A stretch of DNA of 64,000 nucleotides, taken from assembly GCA_036172245.1 (NCBI GenBank), contig JAYWIR010000028.1, positions 930,001 to 994,000 of the forward strand, read 5' to 3'. The notes under the pieces are model-generated. The model searched no databases. It worked only from the letters and a program-made list of their open reading frames with translations, and was not told the DNA's origin. Below are positions 36,901-49,600 of this stretch, in pieces. The translations under genes were made by a program, and so were the position numbers. Source of the stretch: Raillietiella orientalis (Eukaryota). The stretch's first letter is position 1. Each line of letters opens with the position of its first letter.

Positions 36901-39449
36901 TAGGCTCTCTCTCTCTCTTTTTTTTTTTTTATTGCTCTTTATTTCTTAAATTAGCGCCTTTCTCTTGTCACGGAGGCAGCTCGGGCAGGTTTTGTCCCGG
37001 AAAATCAGATGTCTTTGTATTCTAATGAAGCTCATTATAGCTGACAACGCGCTCCGTTTTCCGGTTCTCTTTAAAGTTGTAAAAGATTTAAGTTGTAAAA
37101 AAGTTGGATACACGACGACTACTTTCCATGTGAGGAAATCCTTAGACATTTGTGTAAGGTAATTTCAGATCATTGAGAAAATCAGTGTACGATTCAGTTG
37201 TCCCAAAGGCTGCAACGATTGTCGAAAGCGAAAATTTCCCTGCGAAATCACTGCGGGGTAAAAGAAATGCGTGTATGAAGGAAGTGTTCGAAAATCCTTC
37301 CTTCTACCACGGTGAAAACGTGTTGCGCGCGTGTTGGACTGTTTTCGGCAGCGCGATCGCATGGGCCTTTTATGAATGGGGTCCTGGCCATCCCGGATTG
37401 CCGCCCAGCCGCCCCTCAACACGGGATCAGTTGTTCTTTCCGGTCATCATCACATGCTGCTCAGTGGCTTTCCACAACCGCAAGCGAAACTCTTTTCCAG
37501 CTTCTCCGTTGCGAGCAGAAGGGCAAGAAGGGACCGTTGCCTGGGGAACGTGTTCCGTTTATTATCCGTCAGCAGCCACGCACGCCTGTAGAATGAATTT
37601 CTATGAGGGGCTGCTCAACGTAGAAAGATGGCGCCTTCTAGCAGGAAAGTTCCATCCCACGTGGGCTCGCAGTTCCCGATCCGGTAGAGTGCTCCGTGAG
37701 GGATCTCGGCGCTCGTCGGAGCCTGCGTTTATCTCGTAGCCGGAAGCGCGACACGGAAGTCTGTCGTCGTACCTCCAGAGCAAAGAGGCTGTTTAAAACG
37801 GAAACTGCGAAATGCCGAAGCGCGCAGACGCCGAGTTGCCTTCTCCCGAAGTGATCGGATAAAGCCAAGCAGCCCGGCGAGGAAGAAGAGGAAAAAAAGA
37901 AAAAAGAATGCGAACTTTCACTTTGCTGTTTTGATTTACTGGAAAAGCAGGCAAAGCAAATCGTTCCGGCACTGTTGAAAATCCCAAGCTGACATATCCG
38001 ACAGGCAGGTATCTATAAATTGGGCTGCGTACAAATAGATCGAAAAGAATCCATAAATTCCTCGAGGTCTATTCTGCATCTCCCAATGTCACCCAAGTGT
38101 CACACTCCTCAAATAGGAACGCTTCCCAGTAAACGTCACTCCTCAACCGTAAAATACGCAGACGTCAAACAAATAAATGGCAACTCAGTAAAGCTCTCGA
38201 GCACCACAGTATAGGATTTTGCTCTGATATGCAATGAGTAAAATTGCATTGTGTGACATCGAACTCGTGATGTGATGTGTGTGATGTGTGCTCATGTAGC
38301 TGTGCCTAACATAAATAATAAAACAGAGATGCGGTCCATTCATATAATCAGTCACATTACCTCAGGATAAAGGTCAATACGAGTGTACTTCTGGGTATAA
38401 TCAAGAAATCATTCATTAGAAATCTAAGATGTCATGAATTGCTTCGGCACATCCAACATTATTAACGATACACCTCTCTCAGATATGTATTCACTTTGCT
38501 TAATTGAGTATGTTGTACGCAGTAAACCACATTATACCATCATCTCCATGTTATTGAAGGCAGTTTTCAATGGGCTGGAAACCATGCCGGGAATATATTA
38601 CAAGAATACTTGAATCTACAATTATTACACGTGCTGTGTAGAACACGTGTTGTGCATGCAATGAACAACACATACTATTCCTATTACATTCTTATTATTT
38701 GCACTCATACACAGTAGAACGTGGTATTCAGAGAGCGAATGTGATGATATCATTTGAATATTATAACATACTTTGAATCAGAATTACATGCTTCGTAATA
38801 TATTAATGCAGGATTTCATATAGTTGCTATGATAGTGATTGTATACGTGCGCTTACCAAGTTGTAAGAGAAAGATCTTCCAGAACAATTTCTTTCTTCCG
38901 AGATCATCCGAGAATTCCAACTTTCTGGACTTTTCTCTTAAAGATGAGCGTTCTTTGAAGAAGGCCCCGGTGAATCTTGTTGCTTCCGAGCCTCAGCTAT
39001 TTCGCCTCGCAGGGTTGCGAGTTGGTGTCACCAGCTTCCTCAAGCGGGCGCGACCTCGTGGCAGGCACGTCTGGGGCTCCAAGCTGGAGCGAAAGGAGTC
39101 GCGGCGCGACGTCACGTGTCCCTATGACCTCCCACTGTTAGAAGCAGGGCAGAGAGAGCATCGAAGATCTTCGCTGCGCCTCCAGAGGAGCGCCCGCGTG
39201 GGCAAGAGTTTTCGTCGTGGGATCCCTGGGATGTTCATCGCGTCCGGTGAACGAAGGAAAAAAAGTGTGGGAATCGAAGATTCCGGCTGGCGAGCCACTG
39301 ACGCGCTCAGACGTTTGGCGTTTCCGGGAAGTGCATTGGAAGGAAGTATGAGAACCACAGCCCCGCAGGGAAGACAAGTCGAAAAGGACGGAGACAAGCT
39401 GAGCATAGTGGAGATTCTTCCCTCCCTCATTCGCTTATACGGACCTCTG

Positions 39450-39830
39450 CCGCCACAAGATGCCCCCAAGATGCGAATACCGACAGCCATGTGGATCACA
39501 TCAGAGATGAGAGGGGTCCTGAGATGTCCGCCCGCGTGGCTGGGCAACTTGCTGGAGGATCTTGATGTGGGAATCGCACAGCCCACTTGATCCGTATCGT
39601 TCTCCTGTCTGCCGCGACCCGTGGACACTCCGTATCCATCCTGCCTCCTTCACAGAGAGCCTCGAGTCCTTCGGCCACCCTCGGAAAGGATAAAGGACGC
39701 CTAGACGAGCTCGCTCCTGCTTGTCGACTCCTGCGGTCATCCCAGTGAGAAAACGAGGTCCTCCTCCGAAGCTCTGTGTGGAACCGTCGGAGGTTCTCCA
39801 AACTTTTTGGAGAAAGATAACCTCATGGAT
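39450..39830 (-). mobile_element. Decayed L1/Tx1-like RT thumb region
   Basis: ELRRRTSFSHWDDRRS...RRPLSFP...EGG...RIKWAVRF resembles the F.W.GK..V.R..L..P..EGGLG...IKW..R motif. Confidence 0.35.
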
Positions 39831-40389
39831 GGACTATTGAATGCCTCCGCGGCGGACTGTCATGCTCTCTCACCTCAACCGCAGGAAGGGTTACATGAAA
39901 GGACGAAAGTCTCAGAGCTTCTTGCTTCTCTTCGCTTAACTGTCTGCTTGTGGGAACTCAGAAACTGGAGCTGAAAGCTTCTGACCCACCATTTCGAGGG
40001 GTATTCAGCTTGGTTGCCGTTGGACAAAACTCCTGGAATAGAAGATAGAGGATTCGGTGGGTGTGTTCCTCATCAACGACAGGTGTGCGCGGAAGAAAGA
40101 CAGCAACCTTCGTTCCATGTGGGTGCTCGGAAAAAACGCACTTGCCAGAGACTCGGATCAAAAATCAGTAAAGTTGTTGGTCTGTATGGATTGGGTTGTC
40201 TTTGGGGTGGGTGGCACACCCACTTTCAGAGAACTTAGCAGTCTTACAACTAGATGGGAGGTTGCTATGAAAATCTCCGGAATCTCCTACCGGGTGCGTG
40301 GAAGACGGGCCAGCTCATCGACGCTGCGACTCCGATTGCTCGACCTCCTGGACTTTTGCGCTGGGGCGTGACACTGGGTATTCCGGAGG

Positions 40390-41125
40390 AAGACCCTCAG
40401 TGGCTCCCGGTGCTCACGAACACCCGCATACTCCCCTTAAAGTAGCAGGAGTCGACACTGATGCTGCTGCTCTGGAACCTCCTATGCAACGCCCGCCGAC
40501 ACTAACCGTGGGAGGAAGTGAGCCCGAACTGCAGCAGGTGAGGCGAGGGATAGTCGCTCCCGCACCTCCTAGTGGACTGTGTTGCCCTCCAGCTCCTTTG
40601 GGGACGCTTTGCAGTGACCCCTGAAACCCCCGGCGGCAACGCCAGAGACATTTGAAAGCACCTCTTCGTGCTCAACGCCCTCATGCCGGCCGCATCCCTA
40701 GCAGCACTTTTCTGCCTACGCGTGACCGTGACCGCATGGAGCAATGCCAGAGGCCAGGACGACAGGGACGACATCTCTTTTGCTGTCCTCTTCATGAGGA
40801 AGCGTCAAGACGGTCTCATCTGGGAATCTTGGAACAGAAACTCGCCAGCATCCTTACAAGGATGCAGAGGGCACCCTCCAGCACACAGTGATCCCTTACG
40901 GAACCCCCTCCGCCCATTTTTGACTGTAATTTTTTTTTCGTTTCATGTTTTTCTTTTTTTGTTTGTCTCCCCTTCCCCTGTGCTGCCAAGGAGAACCCGG
41001 CTGGCCTGCGTGCCAGTTCCCAGAAGTTTCCTTCTCGTAGTTATAAGTAACGTGGCAGGAGCAAACTTCCTGCCACAGACGTGTATGTTTATTTTATGTA
41101 TAAATACCCTGGCGTGACCGGGTAT
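40390..41125 (+). mobile_element. Decayed L1/Tx1-like copy (zf-RVT to 3' end); 5' boundary approximate
   Basis: PNCSR*GEG*SLPHLLVDCVAL at ~40524; LKALFV..ALMPAASLAALFCLRVTVTAWSNA; gtgatccctt stop context; T-rich UTR; terminal accctggcgtgaccgggt at 41106-41123. Confidence 0.85.
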
Positions 41126-41150
41126 CAACCAGAGAACACGAATCTCGTAG

Positions 41151-41449
41151 TGGCCCCACCTGAATCCAGGAATGCAGAAAGAGCTTGCCGGCATCCTGCG
41201 AAGGATGCAACGGCCCCAGCACCAACTGTGATCCCTTCCCGTACCCTCCCACTTTTTATTTTCTTTTTGTTTAGTTTTTTGTTTTCCCCCTTCCCCCTGC
41301 TGCCGTGGTGGACCGTACCGGTCTGCGAACCGGTGACCCGGCAGGCTCTGTGTTTCTTCGTTCGTGGCTGGAGCAACGGTCCAGCCACCGCACGTCTTTG
41401 TTAAGGTTTGTTTTTAAAATAAACGCCCCTGCGAAACCCGGGTAAAAAT
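41151..41449 (+). mobile_element. Short, relatively young 5'-truncated L1/Tx1-like copy with TSD
   Basis: Closely matches the reverse complement of 45985-46282. TSD cgaatctcgtag (41139-41150) / cgaatctcgcag (41450-41461). Confidence 0.9.
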
Positions 41450-43599
41450 CGAATCTCGCAGTCCATGAAATCGGCAGAAAACACTTGCTAGAGAATGGCA
41501 TCCTTCCTGAAAACCATTTGCACTGCCGATGAGGAGCACCGACGCCCAAACTCGGATCCCACGCTCTTGTTGCGACAACGGAAAGACACTGCAGATCCAA
41601 TACCCTTAAGGTGATGTTACTAATTATAAAACCTTTTTCTTCAGTTCATTTGCGCTACCAGACAGCTGAACTTCCGAGAATTTTCGAAAGAATGACACGT
41701 GGCCTCACCGGGACTGCGATCGGTAAGCCCTCTGGACCACATCAAAAGAGGAGCGAAGTTGGATGTAAGTAGGAAGATATCTCTGGGATTCTGTTGAGGA
41801 AGCGAGGATCCTCTGGGGCGTATGATCAGCTGGAGAAGGCTGAGCACGTGACCCATGATTTTTCGGAGGTGCCTCATTCCAAAGAGGCAGCAAGGGAGCG
41901 GAGGAAGAACAAAGAGTGCACCTAAAAGTCCTCACCCGTTCATGCTGGAGCGTTTATATTTCAGAAATAAGCGGACACAGAGCCGAGGAACTGAGCGCTT
42001 ATGTGATTGAGAGTTTCGGATGGAGGCTGATCCCATCGGCGGGTCGGCTGCACGCCGTGGTGACAGGGAAGGAAGGGACAACAAGTAAACCAGAAAAGAT
42101 AGAAGCTGGGGAGAGTACGAGGTTACCGGGATAGCTGCTTCAGCCCCAGCCAAATACGGGTGAATTCGTCCCTTTCCGCTCCTCCCATTTGGGGCCATTT
42201 GCTCCGTGCTCTTGTTCATCATGGAGTGGGCACATGAGAGGGATGGCTCCCCGTCGCTCTTGTCGTAGCTCGATTGCGTGTCTGTCTGGCCGTCATCATT
42301 CCGCGGAAGGAGCAGGGCGATCGCTGCTGCAAACACAAATCGGTCCCTTACGAAAAAAAATGCTGCAGTCAAGTCTCTGGGTGCGTTCTCCGGATGCAGG
42401 AACTCCTAGCTCAAGGTGCTCTCGCTTGCGGCGGAAGGTTGCTGCAGCCCATCGGAAGGTGTGCCCCTGGAGCACGTAGGGAGAACGCTCTTCCTCTCCC
42501 CTCTTCCTTCTCTACTCGACCCTAGGTGTGATTGGTTGCACAGGAAAGAGCTTGGTGCAAAAGAGCTCGTGCATCCAGCTAAGGGAGAGCAGGGAACTGT
42601 TTCTGCTTAGAAGAGGGACCGGAGGTTGTTCTGGGAGGGGATCCTGTGGTGCTCTCCCTACCCTTGCACCTTTTTGCGCCCTTGAACTAGGGGTCTCCAA
42701 GCCTGCCAGCTATCTGATAGCCCATCCTCCGGTGCCTCTAAAGGTTCATGAAGAAGAGTTCCACACGCCAGTGTTTAGATTATTCGCCAGGGGCTAAAAA
42801 CTCTGCGCGGAAATTACGGTATGCAGAGCAGAGCTCATCCGCTGGTTCTTTTGCACTTCAAGTAAGCAGATGCTCCTCAAGCTTACCACGGCTTACGAAA
42901 ATAGGTGTTCCTTCTGTCCAATTGCTGACAACGGAAGAGCTTCCCTTTGGGCATCGAAATCACTGATCTCAGACGGAACGCCTGAATCCATCTTTTCCTC
43001 CATGTGTTGAGCTCCTCGTTTTTGCTTCGCGATGGTTCCCAAGGAGCCGAAAGCAGAAATCCGGTTCATCTCTACCATCTTCCCCGTTCTCACTCACACT
43101 ATTCTTAGGGAAAAATCTCGGTTGACCTTCATTCAGTTTTTCCTTCTGTGTAATTGGTCAGAGGATATGTGGAGTTTTAGCGAGGAACGACGAGTCGGAG
43201 ATTCCCAAGAACGCAAGCGAACCAACGCTCTTTATAGAATAAGGGGGTGAGGATCTTTACAGTCTTCACCATCTTCATATCCTGTTTATCCTCTTGTCTG
43301 GTCCCTAGTAAGGTATGATACCATTCCCGGAAATCTTCGAATCAGGATCAACTAGCAGCAGTTCTTCTTGGGCGTCGATTTTCCTTCATCATGTCCCAAC
43401 TTATGGTTTCAACAGATCACGCCGCCATGTTGGATGTTAGGGACAAAATACGAAGCGTTTGGTTTTGTCGAGGTGAGACCTCTAGCAGTCGCATCACCAC
43501 CTCATTTGGGGGAGCCCAGGGATTGTAACGGACGGTCACCGGAACATCCTGCGTCAGCAGAGAGATAGAAGGGTGTTGCATTTCGTCTCCTTTCTTTCT

Positions 43600-44400
43600 C
43601 GAGCATTTCTGCATTCGTCAGAGGTGCCCGAGAAGGGACTGGTTGCACCTTCGACGGTCCATCCATGACTGTTCTTCTCTCCCCTTGCGCAGTACCAAAT
43701 CCGGGAGGAGACGGGAATCCACTCCAGGGATGAGCTTTTTGAAGAAACCACTTTCCCTCCTTCCGCTGATGGAACAGTGTGTCGTGTCGCCAAATGTACG
43801 CAAGAGGGAGTCCCAGAAGGAGCGATTTGGCACGTGAGGCAGGGTTTCATCGCCAACTTCTCGTCTTCTGCAGCTACGATATTGTTTGCGATGTGTTCAA
43901 TACTCCTGACCGAGAGGTGTTGAGCCGGGCAGCATGGACAAATCTGCGATGAGGAAATCAGATGTACCTTCTGAAGTGAGGAGGTGATTTCTGTGCAATG
44001 CCATGCATGACGTGGTTTTTCCCTGGTCCCCGTGATTTTCTCTCAGGGAACGCCACGACTGACTGCGCCGAAGGTCACGAGCACTGGACGAGAACTTCTT
44101 GGTCATCGCATCGAATCGACGACGACGATTTGCAACGCTCCATCTGAAAGCGTGCATCTCACTTTCATGTACTTGTCTCCCTAATGTCCACTGGCTTCCC
44201 ATATCCACGCCATCCCTCTGGAATTTCCCGGAAAAATCTCCAGCAAGATGGCGGTGTCGTCCACCGTTCAGCACGTGCGAGGCGTCTACTGGACGCTCAC
44301 CGGCTAGCAGCTGGACCCTGGAACATTCACCACAGGCCTCGCCTAGTCGAGTCTGCAAGAAAACCATCGGCCTTCAGCCCGCGCCACGCGGAAACTAAAG
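43600..44400 (-). mobile_element. Decayed L1/Tx1-like ORF2 linker and RT start
   Basis: FRWSVANRRRRFDAMTKKFSSSARDLRRSQSWRSLRENHG resembles RSR..W...E..TKYF...K.R.....I..L...G; downstream RSFWDSL resembles EFYK.FW..L. Confidence 0.35.
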
Positions 44401-45984
44401 CCAGCGCGATTAGCAGTGGCGAAGACCCTGTGCCGAGTGCCAGACCGCAGTGGTGCGAACGCGACGGTGCATCCTTTCCAACACCTCCACTCTTCCAACC
44501 GCCGCCTTGGACCACGCCTTGGACCAACCAAGGCATCCCACCAGAAGCTCACACTCCCCATCGCTTTCTTCACATGGTGTTGACGTCGAATGCTTCTTTG
44601 CATAAGTCCTGCATCTGGAGAAGGCTGACCTTCCTCACCTGATGCTGATGATGGTTCTTCTTTCTTGCTCCTTCTCTTTTCTCGAAGAGGTCCTTCCGCC
44701 GCTCTGTAGACGAACAGCACGAGCGTGGGAGCTCATGGTGTTCGTCTTTTCTTCATGCGCTTCTCGCAATACGAACCGTCCTGCATTTGTACTTACGCGT
44801 TTTGCAATCAACATGTACACATATTACATGTACATACGCTCACGCACACGTTTGTGTGTGTGCGTACAAGTGAATATGTGTTCACTCGCTTGCACTTATG
44901 CGCAGTTGCGCGTATGCACGCGTGAACGACGAACGGGAGCGTTTAGATTGCTCCCTACGATAGGGCTCATGTTTCACAATCGGTGCTTCCTTCGAAGAGC
45001 ACCTCAGACTCGAAAAAGAGGAATGAACGTCCTTCGATAAAGGGAAATCGGACTCTCGGTTCCTTTTTTTTCCCCCGTGTTTACTTTGCGGCTCGTTTTG
45101 GCTTTCCAGGGAGGGGAAGGAAGAACTCTCCGGAACGTTCGCGATCCTCCACGAGACCTGGCTCCGACTGAGGCTTTTCTTGAGCTGGGCTGGGTTCCGA
45201 CTTGAGGGTAGTTCTAACTTTCCAGAGACCTCCTTTCTCCCCTTCGGTTCCAGGGATGCTTATTTGTTTCCGGCAACTGCAGTCGTCCTCGCTGAGGGGG
45301 TCCATTTCAAAACCATCACGCGGGCTGTAACGGGGTGACGATTGCCTCTCTTCCAAGGACCCACTGCCGCTGCCTTCATTTCCTTTGCGGTGGTGTCCGA
45401 CTAACCGGAACTCACGAGGACGGATCCGCGCGGTTCCACTGCTTCGGGTGGAGGGGAAAGGCACGAAGCAGACGCACGCGTTCGGGAGCGCCCTTCCCGA
45501 AAATTTCATTCGGGGGCTTCCGCATCCGTCGCGGCCCGCGTCCCAACGACGCCAACTCGGCGCGGCAAGGCGCTGCTCTTCCTGAGCGAAAAGCGGGAAA
45601 CCTCCGCATCGGATGTCGCGCGCTCGACTTCCGGCGCCTGGAGCCCGAACCGCGAAGGTGTCGGTGTGTTGGGCTTCCCTCTTCCACTTCCCAGGCACGG
45701 GAGGGAAGGCAGCAGTCGCAAGTTTCTGTGGAAACGGGACCCTCCCGGAACCGAAGCGTTTCTTCCGAAAGGAACCTATTCGAGAGACGAGGGAATGCAG
45801 TCGCTCGAGGTCGAAGGCTTTTTGTCCAGGAAGCGGCACGCGCAGCGACAGTGAGCGCAGAAGAAGTCTTCTGTGGGTAGCCTCATCAGTGGTGCCATTC
45901 GCTCTGGCGCTTTCAGCCCGCTCTCGGCTTGCGCCGTGTCACCTGCGCGCTGATTCCCTTTGTAGGATTTGGAACGAGCTTCGA

Positions 45985-46640
45985 TTTTCACCCGGATTTC
46001 GCCGGGGCGTTTATTGATCAATAAACATTTACACAGACGTGCAGTGGCTGGACCATTGCGCCAGCCACGCACGAAGAAACACAGAGCCCGCCGGGTCACC
46101 GGTTCGCAGACTGGTACGGTCCACCACGGCAGCAGGGGGAAGGGGAAAAAACAAAAAAACAAAACAAAAAGAAACGAAAAGTGGGAGGGTATGGGAAGGG
46201 ATCACTGTAGCTGGTGGGGCCGTTGCATCCTTCGCAGAATGCCGGCAAGCTCTTTCTGCATTCCTGGATCCAGGTGGGGCCATCGCGACGCCCCCCTCAA
46301 GAATTGGGAGGCTGGCTGGATGGCACCCTGGTCTCGTGGTCCTCCCGTAGCCTTGCTCCAGGCGGCGACGATCCCGCGTAGGCAGCACAGGGCTGCTAAC
46401 GAGGCCGCAGGCCGAAGGGCGTCGGCAACGAAGAGGGCTTTCAGAGCGTCCCTGGGGTTGCCGCAGGGGATTCCGATGCCGCGGCAAAGCGGAACCAAAG
46501 GGGCCGAAGGGCAACACAATCCACAAGCAGGTGGGGGAGGGACTCCCGTTCCCCACACCTGAAACAATTAGGGTCCACCACTCCCCAGGTCCAGTGGTGT
46601 TGGCGGGCGTTGCAGGGGAGTCCCCAGTGCTGCAACAGGG
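45985..46640 (-). mobile_element. Best-preserved 5'-truncated L1/Tx1-like retrotransposon copy (zf-RVT CCHC domain, ORF2 end, 3' UTR) with perfect 14-bp TSD
   Basis: HWGLPCNARQHHWTWGVVDPNCFRCGERESLPHLLVDCVALRPLW is a zf-RVT-type C-x2-C-x7-H-x4-C motif. AATAAA on the minus strand at 46010-46015. GGAACGAGCTTCGA occurs at both 45971-45984 and 46641-46654. Confidence 0.92.
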
Positions 46641-49600
46641 GGAACGAGCTTCGAGGACGCCATCCTTGTCTTCGGGAATGGATGGTCACGGGTCTCGATG
46701 CTTTTCGAGGTGCAGAAAGGCCGGTGTTACGCAGGCCTTCCGCAGACCTGGCTGATGGCGAACGATGGCTTTTCATGGACGGCGCATGCTCAACCTCCTG
46801 TTCCCGAAGACCTGCGCTCGTTCCCGTGCAAGCGGGAAATGAGTGCCCCTCCCTTTGGAAAAAATTTGTAAACCGTAATTTAATCGAAGGAGGAGTTGGC
46901 GATGTAGGGATGGATGCAGCTGCTGTTCCATCCGAACATCTCGCCTCCGAGTTTTTAACCGCCTCTGCTACGTGCCGCCTTTTCCCGAGCGAAGAGACCT
47001 GGGGCATACCTTGGCGCGTGGTCGTGAGGCAGATGGACCGCGGGATGCAGGGGGCATTCTCTCGGGAGCGCGAATACCCCTGCGGTTTACCGGGTCTTCG
47101 ATTTCCGCCACGGCGGGCTGCTCTTCGGAGAAAACGACGTCTTTGTCTTGCGCTTTGCCCTCCGCGAGCACCGTCCCGTTGAAGCGGATCGCTCTTGCCG
47201 TTCATTTCTTGCGCAGATGCTGAAGAGCAAACGCGTGTTTCCGTCTGAGCCCTCCTACTTATTGCAGACACGTGACGTATGGCGAGGGCGATCCCGAAAC
47301 ACGAATGCATCTCTTGGACACCGGGCGGCTCCCCCAAGTTTGATCGATAGCGTTCATCCCTTTCCGTGGGGCTTAGACGACTGTAATCGGAGATGAATTC
47401 GGAAGGCTTCCAATGCCGTGAGAAAGCGAGGTCAAGCTCAAGCACACCTTCTTCTTCTTCTTCTTCTTTTTTTTTTTTTTCCTTACCTCTGAGTGTTTTG
47501 TGTGGGTCGGAAAAAACACTTGCAGCTCATCAAGCGTACGCGAAAAAATAAAAATGGTACTCGATCTGGAGCCGTTTTCTCATGGAGCCCAACTCTTCCG
47601 CTGCAATTGTCGCATCTTTTGTCTGCTTCTGGATGCTGCCGCTGTTTCTCATGGAATTCTGCTGGCTGTGGCTGGTTCCCGCGATTTTCAAGAAAATGGC
47701 CTCTTTCAAGAAGGGTCCTCTGTTCAGGATGCGGATAGCGGCTCTTAGCAACCGTTCGTTTCGTTTGGTAGCAGGAAGCAGGAGCCAAAAAAAAGAAAGA
47801 AAAACAGCAGCAGCAGAGCTTTTCCTTTGCTTTATGAAAGGAATTCTCCAGAGCATTCAGCTAGCGAATTAAGAACCGTCCACTGGTGCTGCACGATTGG
47901 ATTTTCGTCATTTCGGGCTAATGAGTAATATCCAGGCTAATGAGTTCACCATTAAAAGGTTTGGAGAGTTGCTAGGAGAAAGAAAGCGCGCTGGAAGTAA
48001 ATCGGGTAAGACAACAACCAGCCCAAGGGGAGATGGGATGATGCTCGTCGGGACTCCCAGCGGGCGGACGTGCGCGATGGGACACAAAGCGAGTTCGCGT
48101 CTGCTCGGAGTGGCAAAGTGGGGTTGTGAGCACTCAGGCAGACGCCTGTACGTGGCACATCCTCTCGTGTGTGCCTACACGCATACACACGAGTGGCCAC
48201 GCGCTGACTTCCTCCCTTGAGGAAAAATTTCATCCTCGGAAAAAACGTCGATTTCTTTCCATTGGCTCAAAAATCCCTGTCTTCGGGCGCCGCAGCGGCT
48301 GTGACTCAACCTTTCCGCTCGTTCCCATCAGCGATCTGTCTTTGTTGAAACAGTTTTGGGGCAGATGAAAGGGATCAACGGCTGTAGACTACATCAGGAT
48401 GAAATTTCATCCTATGAAGCACGGAACAAAATGCTGGACCAAAATGGGCTGTTTTCACCGTATCTGTCCTGAAGCGCGTTCATCCGAAAGCAGCCTCCCG
48501 TATCCACCCAGCGAAACCTCTTCAGAAAGGATTAGGGAATTGGTGATGAGTCTTCCCACGGAGTAACGAGAAATCATAAAGTCTGCCTGACGAAACGGAG
48601 GCTGGGCGCGTTGCGAGGCTCCATTTTGGAAAGCCGTACGTAGGCTGGAGGCTGAGTCGTGATCACCCATCGAAGCGGAAAAAATCATAAAGGTCAGCCA
48701 AACGAAAAGGATTACCAGCGATACGCATGCTAAAAGGATTAAGACTGAGAACAGGATTTTGCCTTTTGAATCTTTTAGCAGTTCACTACGTATCGACAAG
48801 AGTGGAAAAGATGGACGAGGAAGCTGGTTTTGCTCAAACATAAGAGGACTTATGAAAAAGATGCGAAACCTAAAGAGAAGGGTTGGAACATGATACTGGG
48901 GGGGGGAAACGTAAAGTGCGAGGCTTTCGGTCTCGAGATCTCTGCTGCATTTCATCCTCCTACCGATGCTGACACTATCCCGGTATCCTCCCCTAATTTG
49001 CCTTATCGAACCCTGGAAGAGGCGGTCAGCGAATCAATGAAACGGGGTGAATCGCGGAATATTTATCCCAAGAACGAGATCGGGAAAATCCCAGGGTTGC
49101 ACCTCCCGAGGATTTGGAAGATGTTTCGGGAAATTCTCTCGGGAACGGTAAGAGGTCAGGCGGTCTCGGCGTCTTCCGATGATCCTGAGCGGCCGCTCTG
49201 TGAAAGCTCAGGAGCGATGCGCAGTGACTCCAGTGCTCTATGCGTGCAATTTCAATGAACGTGATTCGGGCAATCAGCGTGGCACGTGATCCGCGATTTC
49301 GGCATGATAAACGGTTCTTGCGTCTCCAATGCATTCGTGGAATGCTGCTGGGTCCATGCTCCGGCTGCACTGACAGCGTAGCAACCCGGCCCTCGACAAT
49401 GTAGCAAGATCTCTGGGAACAGGTTGCTGCTGGGGCTCTTGGTTCCAGCCTGGACCGCTGGGGAAATCGGTTTCCGATTTCGCTTCCGTTGTAGGAAGGG
49501 CGTTCAGAAGAGACGCATGAAGCAATATCATCTCGTCCGCAACTACGTGCTTCTTCTCCACAGTACCCCCTTTTGCTTCTCCACCGCCCTTTTGTGGTGT

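Noticed and set aside
41151..46282. ~300-bp inverted repeats flanking ~4.5 kb, suggesting a composite or TIR transposon
   Set aside because: Each arm is a retrotransposon 3' end with its own distinct TSD, so these are independent insertions in opposite orientation.
46441..47445. 334-aa ORF as an intact gene
   Set aside because: Only the last ~65 aa (zf-RVT) are meaningful; the ORF crosses the element's TSD into unrelated flank.
48532..48630. Hammerhead-like words TGATGAGTC...GACGAAAC, plus a 20/21-nt match to 36859-36879 (which has CTGATGA...GAAA)
   Set aside because: The core C is replaced by G here and no stem I partner exists; the 36859 site lacks stems II and III. The shared 21-mer remains unexplained.
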